From the NCBI GenBank assembly GCA_044892525.1, contig CM097885.1:40240001-40304000 (forward strand): 64,000 bases of DNA, written 5' to 3'. How positions within the stretch are numbered: position 1 is the stretch's first letter; the number at the start of each line of letters is the position of its first letter. Below the pieces are notes generated by a model, which was not told the DNA's origin, made no database searches, and saw only the letters and a list, made by a program, of their open reading frames with translations. This document shows positions 1 through 9,602 of this stretch, one piece after another. Both the position numbers and the translations under genes were made by a program. The stretch is from Schmidtea polychroa (lineage: Eukaryota).

Positions 1-1026
1 GTGGTATAAGCCACGGAGTTAGTAGATAAATCCCTTCTGGAACGACGGGGCTCTATGAGCTCGAGTGGAATTAATTAATCTCGTCATCGTTACAGTGCTT
101 TTACTATAGTGTTGACCTAACATAACAATAGGGCCTACCGTAACGAGTCTAGTGTGACCGTGAAAGTAGGCAACTTTTAATTAATAGACCATTTCTACAT
201 TAAAATTACTCACCTAATCTCACACTAAAATTGTTTCACCTACATACCACTAACGACTTACAAACAAGGAATACCCCAGACTCAAAATCACCACAACACA
301 AATCTTAAGAAATGTAGTCGATTAACTTCTAAAATTATTAATTTCCTTGCTTTCAGATATACTAAAATAACAGGTAAATCCCTCCCCAAATTTTTCGAAG
401 GCCCAAATTACCTTAGGAATTTCGAACTTTAATGAATTTAGTAATTATTTATGGATGTACTTAATGCCAATTTTCTCTCCACAAATAGTAACTAAAATTC
501 AATGTCAACAAAAATAACTTACATGATGAAGTCTATTTACAATATATAAATTTTAATACTTACCATCCACATTTCAGGCAACATTAATTCTTTATACCCC
601 GAAGCTTGTCAGTAATAGAAAACGTAATTTGCTCTTATAAATTTTTATTTGTAGTAATACGTAGACTTTATACTCAAACTGAATTTTAGGCCAGAACCTT
701 CGTGAATATAATTTTAAGTTATAAAAATATTTTTTTTGTCTGATTAAATTTACGAGTATCTATAATGTATAAAATTATCAAAACCATAAACTTTTGTAAG
801 AAAAAATCCCCCACCAATTTATTATTGGGCATTTGACCAAAACTTTTAGGCCCACCCAAACCCATCCTGGTAATCTAATAACATACCCAATCGCACGGTT
901 GCTGTTCGAGACTAGGAGAGATGGGAGGTGACTGGTTGTTGGGTGCTTGTTGTACGGGGGATGGATGGACTTTGCATTTGATGTATCATAGACTAAGTGT
1001 TAAACCACCCAAGACGTACCAAATTT

Positions 1027-3570
1027 CCACCATTTGCTATCGGATCATGGTTCGCGATTGAGTTAACAATCGGAAGGTCGGCCTCTGTTGTTTGGTTTTA
1101 AGAACGATGCCAGAAATCCGATGCCAGAGATCCGATGACAACACTAAAAAGGTTTGGTAAAAGTCCTCAGAGCTTAGTAGAATTACTTCATAAAACATTC
1201 GCTAGCACTGGGGCAGAAATCAATGAGTTTTTTATTGCTTTTCAGCTTTTTAACTATCTTGCAGGAACCATTGAGATGTCGAAGGATCTCCGAAATGCAT
1301 GCTGGGATTGTATTGGCTCCAATATTCGAAACATAAGCCGAAATACATATAGATATGCCGATAATCTTATCTCTGGATGTTTTATCATTGAAAACTTGGT
1401 CCGAGAGCATATAGACTTCCTAGATGCATTCGAAGCAGCTATAAAAATATGGCAATCAAACGTAAATTATAATCAAAATTACTTTAATGATGATTATTCC
1501 CATACTTTTATGAATAATAATTCTTTAGAAAAACATGCTTTTTTTTAAGAAAAATGTTAATTTTAAAGAAAATTTTAAAATCAAACTTTATAACGATAAT
1601 AATCTTAAAAACACCCTTGATAAAATAAAATTAAGTAATGAAAATTTTATTAAAAAATACGATTTTAAAATTAAATCCCTAATTAAAAATAATAACGCGA
1701 AAAATTTACCATTTTTTGAAAAAAGCATGTTAATAATTGGTTCTATAATGATTTTATAAATAAAGAATTTTATAAATCTAAAAATAAAAAATCCAGAAAT
1801 AAAAAACTTAAAAAATTAAAGAAAAAACAAAATCTAAGTAATATGTTTGAATATCCTCCAAAAATCAGATCCGATGACAACGCTAAAACTTTTTTTCGTC
1901 CTCCTGACGAGGACGAAAAAAGTAGACGCAGCTCGCCGGCCTCCGGCCGACTCACGGAAAATGTTAAAGCGTCTGCCGATAGTACAAACGTCAAAAGTAA
2001 TATCCAGAGCATTAACCACATAGTAAATAATTTTTTTATTGATATAGAAGCTGTTATCTGCAAATTGAAATATAACCCAATTACTATCACCAATATCTAC
2101 GTAACTTTCTTTGATGACCTAAACCAAAAATATTTTAAATCCGACTAGCGAACCTATACCTTTACCTTTTCCTAGTAATATCAGACCTAACAACCCAACG
2201 AACCACTGTCAACTCTACAACTTAAGTAAAACGTTTTTCATAGATATCCATAAAACTCTAAAAAATAATCCGAAACCTATTAACCTTTGTATTATTAAAA
2301 ACTTTTTTCTCATTTTAAAATTCAAAGAAAAATACCTTAGAAAATCCCTACTTATACCTCGAACAACTAAGTTCAAATATCAGCACAATAAATACGCCAA
2401 AATATATAGCAATATCCCTACTTCCGCCTCTAAACTAACGCCACCTATTGAACATGATAAGCAAACACTGATATTTATAGTGCATAAACGCCCTTAACAG
2501 TTACTACCCACAGATACTACCCATTCTGGAAAAAGTGACTCTGGAATACCAAATCCATTCAATGACGAACCCAAAACCTCAGATTATACTAACTTACCAA
2601 GACCACATTACTTATCACCAATCCCGAAAAAACGTAGAAAAATTAAAATTAAAAATAAAATTGAATATGACATGCGATATGAACTTTTTTGTACCAAACC
2701 AATAAACTTCAGTAACATTAACCTGATTAACGATAACCTAATTGAACGCGAAAATAATAGTGATGACATGGATGACTTGAATATAAACCTCGATCCTGAA
2801 GATAACTACTGTATTGCGCACAAAGAATACCAAATACCAAATAATCGTATAGTAACTCCTGAAAATATAATAATTCCAAATGACGTAATAATACCAAATG
2901 ATCATAAAGTAACTCTGAAAAAAACAAAAAAAAGAAAAGAAAGCGTAATTAAGGGTTTATATATTATCAGTGGGTTATTGTAGGAGTCCTTGTAGGGACT
3001 CCACCTAACTGATAATATTTTTTTTATTTCTTTCTACTTGTTGCTATATGTTGTGATAAATATTTGCGATAACTATGTGCCTTTTTATCCATGCTGTTTA
3101 CTGTGTCTTGTGATGACTTTTTATTATTGCATCGTGATGGCTATTTTCGTTTACAATTTTACTGTCTTTGTGTGTGTTAATGACTTGTCTTGACTTCCCA
3201 CTGAAAAATCATGTTGTTATATAATGACTCTATTGATGGACTAACAAATATTACAAAACGAAATACTGTATGAGGACCGAAAAAACTGAGATACTGATGA
3301 GCCCCATGAATACAACAGCCTGAGGGAATAACCACAAACTTCAGAGCCCATGCGAGCCTCCAAATTGATTGCCCAATGAAAATATGCTGAGGATTTGATG
3401 ATTGTGTGATGAATTTCTTTTTCAGAAGCAGCCCTGTACCTTAAAACATACAGGACTAGAGTGGAACAAATAAAGCTATGGATGAGGAAGTTTCTGGCAT
3501 TTCGCCGAAACTAGTCCCGTAAAAAGGACCAACCTGTCTCTTCGGAGTCAGGCTTTTATTAAATAAAATT
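1027..3570 (+). mobile_element. Unclassified repeat element, copy A (possibly a non-autonomous non-LTR-like retroelement)
   Basis: Homologous to 19720-22076 on the opposite strand. The two are near-identical from CCACCATTTGCTATCGG through the first ORF, and share islands at 2945-3020 and at the 3' end (GCCGAAACT.GTCCCGTAAAAAGGACCAACCTGTCTCTTCGGA...TTTTATTAAATAAAATT). No RT or transposase motif seen. Confidence 0.6.
1135..2983 (+). pseudogene. Fragmented orphan ORF of element copy A (pieces 1135-1548, 1535-1759, 1843-2148, 2672-2983)
   Basis: Pieces align with 21650-22015 and 20454-21623 (FGKSPQSLVELLH, NMFEYPPKIRSDDNAKTFFRPP, MRYE), which suggests one long frameshifted ORF. Confidence 0.55.
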
Positions 3571-3727
3571 TATTTAAATCATTGATAAAGCCAGGTTTCC
3601 AGATTTGAACAACATGTATCGAGAACAGCACCGATTTAAACATAAAGAAAACGAACACATTAAAAATCATAAAAACAGAGAGTCAACATAATCAAAACGT
3701 CAGACAAAAGCAGGCATGAGAGATAAC

Positions 3728-3733
3728 ATAGCG
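3728..3733 (+). other. Target-site duplication ATAGCG (partner at 18865-18870)
   Basis: A 6-bp TSD is typical of Polintons. The match extends to 11 bp (ATAACATAGCG; 3723-3733 and 18860-18870). Confidence 0.85.
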
Positions 3734-4720
3734 AGTAGTGTGGTTATATACCCAACCAAAACAGCCCTCCCAACAAAACATGCCTCCAAATCACTTAAGC
3801 TATTAGAAAAACAACCTTAAACTTATACTTTTATAGTATTTTAACCCTATATTTTGAAAACAACCACCCTTAATGACTCTAACTGTTTTAATCTTTAAAG
3901 CCTCAAACTCAAAAGCTTCAAACTAAAAACATAAAGAGAATAGAAAAGAAAATTGTATTATGAAAATGTTAGAAGGCTACTTGAGGATGCCAACTAGCAA
4001 GTTGCTAATTGGCTAATTAAAAAAAAAATGAAATCTTAATCTTGATGTCTTGAAGAATAAAAAATTTTATGAAAATAGTAAAACTGCTCTGAGGGGACAG
4101 TGGTATTTTTTTTTTTTTTTTTCACTGTCCCCTCAACAGTTTTTTTTGATCCGGATCATTTTTTTATTTATCAACCTCTTTCGTTTATCGAATCTCTTCC
4201 AATATACAAGCTGGCCAGACTCATACATCAGAATCAATCCGATAATAGCAGCACACCTTATTATTCGCTTCTCGCTCGAATACGATTTCATCGGCGTTTT
4301 AAGTGTGCTGCTCGAAAGTACAAATGAATTCGAAAGTGAATTCGAAAGAGGTCCGAAAACAACTGAGAAATAAATGTGCACATTACCGGGATCGATCCGG
4401 GGGTGTTCGAAAGACAGGTGGCGATAATTACCGGTTCGCCACCATCACCCGTTTCAATATTTTTTTTTTCATATTTATGTTTAAAAAATAAAATAATAAA
4501 TAAAATAAATAAAATAAATAAAATAAAATAAAATAAAATATACAAGTACTTTATAAATATAAGATACCCACACTATTTTCAATATTATTTTCAAATTTTT
4601 AATATTATTTTATGTTGAAAAAAAACTAACCTCAGATGTGATTTGAACCACTATCCATTTGAGCCACTGTGCCAGTCTATTCCCACTGCGCCATCAAGGT
4701 TTGAATTTTTGTCATTTTTT
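3734..4720 (+). repeat. Left terminal inverted repeat of the Polinton
   Basis: Reverse complement of 17871-18852. Nearly identical to ~4649 (differences mainly in homopolymer and AAATA tracts), diverged over ~4650-4720. Confidence 0.95.
4618..4701 (-). ncRNA. Putative Pol III tRNA-like small RNA, cassette A
   Basis: Minus strand: A box TGGCGCAGTGG (4693-4683), B box GGTTCAAATC (4649-4640), acceptor-like stem ACCTTG/TGAGGT, T8 terminator (4625-4618); ~72 nt. Confidence 0.65.
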
Positions 4721-4947
4721 AGACTATAAATAATCGATTCAAGTTCTTTAACTCTTTCCTGTAATTGTTTCATTTTCTTCAATCTTATATCAGCAACATC
4801 TACAGCCTTCATATAAAAATGTCGATACTTTTCATTATCTACCATCAACTCTTTGATGTATTCCAATGGTTCTTCTTCTCTTCTTTTCATTCTCTTATGT
4901 TTAACTTCATTCAATTCATTTCTCATTCTTTCTTTTAACTCATCCAT
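4651..4947 (-). CDS. Small charged coiled-coil protein of the Polinton, function unknown
   Basis: 98-aa ATG ORF in an A-rich start context, E/K/R-rich helical sequence; its 3' end overlaps cassette A. Confidence 0.5.
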   Translation of the reverse strand: MDELKERMRNELNEVKHKRMKRREEEPLEYIKELMVDNEKYRHFYMKAVDVADIRLKKMKQLQERVKELESIIYSLKNDKNSNLDGAVGIDWHSGSNG

Positions 4948-5108
4948 TTTTATAAATATTTTTTTATTGGATATATTAATTTTTGGTAGCTTAAGTTAAA
5001 ACGTTTTTGATCTTAAATTTCCAAGAGTTGCCGTTGACCAATCTCCTTAAAAATTTGTACAAGTACTAAATCGAGTATGCTGATCAATATTTCGTTAAAA
5101 AAAATTTG

Positions 5109-5190
5109 AAAAAAAATAACCGAAATGGGATTTGAACCCATTGGTATTGGCAATGCAATCGAGTGCTATTACCACTAAGTTATACTCAAT
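5109..5190 (-). ncRNA. Putative Pol III tRNA-like small RNA, cassette B (tRNA-Cys-like)
   Basis: Minus strand TTGAGTATAACTTAGTGGTAATAGCACTCGATTGCATTGCCAATACCAATGGGTTCAAATCCCATTTCGGTT followed by a T run. It has an A box and a perfect T arm (ATGGG-TTCAAAT-CCCAT); the 5' half resembles eukaryotic tRNA-Cys(GCA); the anticodon stem is broken. Confidence 0.7.
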
Positions 5191-5342
5191 ATAAAATAAG
5201 TTGTTAATGTGTGACTATTTATTGATGAAATTAATAATTAATTATTCATTTTCTCGACAACTACCACTCAGATCCATCTGAAAATTTAAATATATACTAA
5301 AATCAGTACGCTGAATCAGATTCCGTTGAAAAGAAAATATCG

Positions 5343-5425
5343 AAAAAAATTGACCAAAATCGAAAATTGAACCCGGTACTCCCGGTGATAAAATTGAAGC
5401 CTATTCCCACTCCGCTATAATGGCT
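5343..5425 (-). ncRNA. Putative Pol III tRNA-like small RNA, cassette C (more degenerate)
   Basis: A box TAGCGGAGTGG (5417-5407), imperfect B box GGGTTCAATTTTCG, T7 terminator. Shares AGTGGGAATAG with cassette A. Contains internal T4 runs. Confidence 0.5.
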
Positions 5426-5480
5426 TACATAATATATTTAATTAATCCTATTTTGTGTGTGTAAATTTTAATATATAAAA

Positions 5481-6767
5481 ATGAATAATATAAAAATTCA
5501 AGAAAAAAATAAATTAAATCTTGATTATAATAAAGAATTTACTCATGAAATCAAGAAAAACGATGTACTTAAAATCTCCCCAACTTCAGGATCTATTGCA
5601 AACTTAAATCGTAGGGGTGATATAGTTTTTCAATCTCTTCAAACATCAAACCCAATAGATATTTGTAATGCCAAATTATATTACAAAGTAGAATTAGAAA
5701 TTGAAGCAAACAAAGATATAACCCTAGAAAATAATTTCTTTCCAAATTTATTCTCCAACATGAGATTAAAACTAGGATCATCAGAAATTGAAACTGTTTT
5801 GCATCCGGGAGTATATTCTACAATGTTAAATTTTATTTTGACTGGTTGTGATTATAAAAACGAATATGGTGAATTAACAGGTTGGATTCCTGATGTTAAT
5901 AAAGGGGATTTAGATAAAGATGGTTTAGATGTAAACCATGGTTACCATAAAAGAGCTGAACTTTATAAATCTAAAAAATTTGAAGGTTATTTGGAATTAA
6001 AACACTTGTTTGGATTCCTTCAAAACTATAATCGTATACTTCATAATGTTTTTATAGAATTCATCTGTAATAGAGTAGAAGGTGATAAAAGATTGTTCTA
6101 TGGAGCTGTAGATACAAAAGCTAAATTAAAATTATCAACACTTGAATTACATATACCTGAATGGACATTAAACCCACATTCTGAAATGAAACTCCTTGAA
6201 AGATTAAATTCCAACAAGTCTATAAATGTAAATTATTTAAATAGAATCTGTAGTGAATTTAGTATGACAGAGGGTTCAACATATTCTATAAAGGTAGCAA
6301 ATTTAGCATACCGACCAAGATATATCTTGATTGGATTCAAAGAAACAGATTCATCTTTCCAAAAAAATAACAATCTATTTATTCAAAAGATTGGAGTTGA
6401 TAATTTAAAAACAATACAAATTCAATTAAATAGTTCTTATTATCCAATAAATAGAATGGAATTTAATATTGAAAATAATGAAAACATATTCCCATATCTA
6501 AATTATATTGAAACATGTTATGATTTCAAAGTTGAACCGCAATTAAGTTTAGAAGATTTCAAAAATTTATATTCTATATTTTGTATAAATGTATCAGACC
6601 AAGATGATCGATTAGCCATAAATAATGTTGATGTTACACTTCATGTAACAAAGGATTCTAATTTTAAAGCTAAAGTATATACATTAATATTAGAAGAAAA
6701 GAAAATAGAAATGAAATTATATGGTGGAAAGATTTCAATAATCGAAAATGTTAGGGGAGATTCTTAA
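5481..6767 (+). CDS. Major capsid protein (double jelly-roll, hexon-like)
   Basis: 428 aa with Polinton MCP-like segments (NNFFPNLFS, RPRYILIGF, NSSYYP, FKNLYSIFCINVS); size and context fit. Confidence 0.85.
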   Translation: MNNIKIQEKNKLNLDYNKEFTHEIKKNDVLKISPTSGSIANLNRRGDIVFQSLQTSNPIDICNAKLYYKVELEIEANKDITLENNFFPNLFSNMRLKLGSSEIETVLHPGVYSTMLNFILTGCDYKNEYGELTGWIPDVNKGDLDKDGLDVNHGYHKRAELYKSKKFEGYLELKHLFGFLQNYNRILHNVFIEFICNRVEGDKRLFYGAVDTKAKLKLSTLELHIPEWTLNPHSEMKLLERLNSNKSINVNYLNRICSEFSMTEGSTYSIKVANLAYRPRYILIGFKETDSSFQKNNNLFIQKIGVDNLKTIQIQLNSSYYPINRMEFNIENNENIFPYLNYIETCYDFKVEPQLSLEDFKNLYSIFCINVSDQDDRLAINNVDVTLHVTKDSNFKAKVYTLILEEKKIEMKLYGGKISIIENVRGDS

Positions 6768-6796
6768 TATAATCCCTGATATTTTAACATTTTAAA

Positions 6797-8182
6797 ATGT
6801 CTCTAAATAAATATTGGAGATGTGAAACTTGTAATTGTCAAGTTACAAGACATCATAAAGCAAGTCATTTAAAAACTAAAAAACATACAGGAGGCGATCT
6901 ACAATCTTCAAAAACAACATCTTCAATATTAAAACCTTTTACTACAGAAAAATATCCAGGTGAAAGACATTTATTTAAACACAACTACACCGGACCAGGA
7001 ACAAGATTAGATATTAGATTAGATGAAAATAATAATCCCAAACAAGGAGAAGAACCAATAAATAGAATTGATCAAGCAGCTTTAAAACATGACATTGCAT
7101 ACAATTCAACAAATCTTAGAGATAGACATGTTGCAGATGTGAATTTAATACATGATTTAAATAGTATCCAAAATCCATCAACCCAAGAAAAGATTCAAAG
7201 AGCTCTAGTTAAATTAGCAATGAAAGGTAAGATTTTCATAGGCTTAGGACACAGTCCGATCACCATGGGTGCAAGACTTCCTAGAATAGCAAAAGATGTT
7301 GCTTATAAAAAGATTATCGAACAAGCAGACATTGAAAGATCCCTTGAGAATATATCCAAGACTAGTTTACAAACCCCAACAGAATCAGAAATAAAATATG
7401 CAAAGGAATTACACCATGAATTTAGAAAAAATAAAAAATATTTAAAAGTTCAAGTACATGAAAAAGATCAAACATGGTCTGCAGATTTAGTCTTTATGCC
7501 CAAATCATCAGACCCTGAAAAATATAAAATAATTTTAACTGTAATAGATTTATATACAAGATTTGCTTTTGCAAGATGTTTAGAAAATAAAACAGGATAT
7601 TCTATTACAGAAGCATTTGAAAATATATTTGAAGAAAATCAAAGAATCCCAAAATATTTATGGTGTGATAAAGGAACAGAATTTTATAACAAAGTTTTTA
7701 CAAAGTTTTTAAATGAAAATGATATTAAATTATATTCAACAGAAAACGAAGGAAAAGCAGTCGTAGTTGAAAGATTAAATAGAACATTAAAAAATAAAAT
7801 GTGGAAATATTTTACTGCTATTGGAAAACAAAAATGGAACAATGAATTGTTACAAAAGATTGTAAATGAATATAATAATGATGTACATAGTTCTATAAAA
7901 TTAACACCTTTAAATGCTTCCATGAAGCCTGAAACCATTAAAGTGGTAAATATTGAAAATGATGTTATTGAAAAACCAAAGTTTAAAATTGGTGACCGAG
8001 TAAGAATATTTAAATATAAAAATAAATTTGAAAAAGGATTCACAGCAAAATGGACAAATGAAATTTTTATTATAAATAAAATAAATTATACAACTCCAAT
8101 AACATATAGCATCTTTGATTTAAATAATGAAAAAATATTAGGTAGATTTTATAATAATGAACTACAGAAAACAGATTTTTAA
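6797..8182 (+). CDS. C2H2 zinc finger + parvovirus-type phospholipase A2 + retroviral-like (rve) integrase fusion
   Basis: Zn finger CETC..H..H; PLA2 motifs HNYTGPGT, IDQAALKHDIAY, RHVAD; DDE motifs WSADL, VIDLYTRFA, WCDKGTEFYN, VVERLNRTLK; C-terminal KFKIGDRVRI...WTNEIF. Confidence 0.92.
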   Translation: MSLNKYWRCETCNCQVTRHHKASHLKTKKHTGGDLQSSKTTSSILKPFTTEKYPGERHLFKHNYTGPGTRLDIRLDENNNPKQGEEPINRIDQAALKHDIAYNSTNLRDRHVADVNLIHDLNSIQNPSTQEKIQRALVKLAMKGKIFIGLGHSPITMGARLPRIAKDVAYKKIIEQADIERSLENISKTSLQTPTESEIKYAKELHHEFRKNKKYLKVQVHEKDQTWSADLVFMPKSSDPEKYKIILTVIDLYTRFAFARCLENKTGYSITEAFENIFEENQRIPKYLWCDKGTEFYNKVFTKFLNENDIKLYSTENEGKAVVVERLNRTLKNKMWKYFTAIGKQKWNNELLQKIVNEYNNDVHSSIKLTPLNASMKPETIKVVNIENDVIEKPKFKIGDRVRIFKYKNKFEKGFTAKWTNEIFIINKINYTTPITYSIFDLNNEKILGRFYNNELQKTDF

Positions 8183-8193
8183 GTCGACAAGCC

Positions 8194-8985
8194 CTAAAAC
8201 AAACTTTTCCATATTTCAGCTTCTTCTCTATCCAAGTAAATATAATTATATTTTTCTTTCCAATGATTATCAACAAACATATCAAACATATTCTTATCAG
8301 GTTCAACATTTGAAAATAAATCATTATAAATCATATTCTTATCACGGCGATCTAATTTAAAAAATATAAAACAATTGGAATTATTTCTTATTGAATTTTT
8401 ATCTAAAGCATAATATGTTTGAGATATATAAATAACATTACAATTATTATGTCGACCTCGTGTAAAGTAACTCTTTTGAATCTCTTGATTTTTCATATTA
8501 ACAACATCATCAAATATAACTAGATTCTTTTTATCTTTAGGAAGTAAATCACAATGTAAAACATCTTCAGGTTTATTAGAGAATAAAACTTGAATTGCCT
8601 CCTGCCCTTCTTCACAAATATAATCATTTTTATTACTAATATCTGATTCTAAAATCTTTTCCTTATACCAATCAACCATATCACAAGGTTGAAAAACTTC
8701 TTCAGGACACCTATGTTGATTTTTAAAAATATCAATTATTGCTTTTTTAGTTAATTTATTTTCAAATCCACATTTCAAAAGTTGTAATTCTGGTTGATTT
8801 ATGGTTGTAGAATAAAAGATTAAATTATTATAATCTAAAAAATCATCTTCAAGTAACATTCTCAAAACAAGTACATTCTTTCCACATCCAGAAGAACCAA
8901 CAATTAATAATCTAAAATTATCAGGAAATACTTTATTATTGAATTTACTCTTATGTCTATTTAAAATTGGTTTCCAAGTATCCAT
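8194..8985 (-). CDS. A32/FtsK-like DNA packaging ATPase
   Basis: Walker A GSSGCGKN, Walker B LVIFDD, RGRHNNCNVIYISQ, IRNN. Confidence 0.92.
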   Translation of the reverse strand: MDTWKPILNRHKSKFNNKVFPDNFRLLIVGSSGCGKNVLVLRMLLEDDFLDYNNLIFYSTTINQPELQLLKCGFENKLTKKAIIDIFKNQHRCPEEVFQPCDMVDWYKEKILESDISNKNDYICEEGQEAIQVLFSNKPEDVLHCDLLPKDKKNLVIFDDVVNMKNQEIQKSYFTRGRHNNCNVIYISQTYYALDKNSIRNNSNCFIFFKLDRRDKNMIYNDLFSNVEPDKNMFDMFVDNHWKEKYNYIYLDREEAEIWKSLF

Positions 8986-9001
8986 TTTTATTTATTATAA
9001 A

Positions 9002-9580
9002 ATGACAACTGAAGAATCTTTGCAAGAATTAATAAATTCAAATAAAAATAAATCAGTAGTAATTGATGGTAAAAAATATTTTATTGGAAAACATGTAAAA
9101 GAACAAGTTAGAGCGAAGCTCCACGAAGCTAAAGAAGGTGGCATTCTTCCATTAGCTGCTTTAATACCTGCAATCATTGCTGGTTTATCAGGTGCTGCTG
9201 GAATAGCTGGAGGAATTGCAACTACAGTTCAAAAAGCTAAAGAATCTCAAAAGACAGACCTAGAAAAAGAAAAACTACAAACTGAAATCGATTCAATGAA
9301 GAAGGTAGGGCAAGCTAAAGGGGGAGTGTCCGTTGGAAAGGGTCTCTATCTTAATCCATATGAGGGGAGTCGGCAAAAGTCTCAGGGCAAAGGTCTCTAT
9401 CTTGATCCTTATAAAGGTAGAGGTTTAAATGATTTTTTAAAAAATCAAATTTCTACATCTGAATCTTTATCTTCAAAAGATAAAGAAGATTTAAAAAAAA
9501 TATGTAAATCTTTAAAGAATGGATGCCTTTGTAAAACTAAAAATGGTAAAGGATTATACTTGAAGCCCTTCGAACTATGA
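9002..9580 (+). CDS. Putative core protein with adenovirus pX-like segment and GKGLYLxP repeats
   Basis: EGGILPLAALIPAIIAGLSGAAGIAGGIA resembles the pX C-terminus (GGILPLLIPLIAAAIGAVPGIAS); three GKGLYL(N/D/K)P repeats. The ATG at 9002 is preferred over the TTG at 8939, which overlaps the ATPase. Confidence 0.7.
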   Translation: MTTEESLQELINSNKNKSVVIDGKKYFIGKHVKEQVRAKLHEAKEGGILPLAALIPAIIAGLSGAAGIAGGIATTVQKAKESQKTDLEKEKLQTEIDSMKKVGQAKGGVSVGKGLYLNPYEGSRQKSQGKGLYLDPYKGRGLNDFLKNQISTSESLSSKDKEDLKKICKSLKNGCLCKTKNGKGLYLKPFEL

Positions 9581-9602
9581 TACCATTTTTGATACCATTA
9601 AA

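Noticed and set aside
3478..3518. Penelope-type minimal hammerhead (CGAAACTAGTC)
   Set aside because: No properly placed CTGANGA core in either copy, and copy B lacks the ACTAGT palindrome.
4050..4545. Overlapping ORFs in the TIRs (mirrored at 18099-18537)
   Set aside because: Non-ATG starts, poly-F from T tracts and length-variable homopolymers; they are duplicated only because they lie in the TIR.
5109..5190. Functional tRNA-Cys gene
   Set aside because: Anticodon stem does not pair and the acceptor stem is irregular; kept only as tRNA-like.
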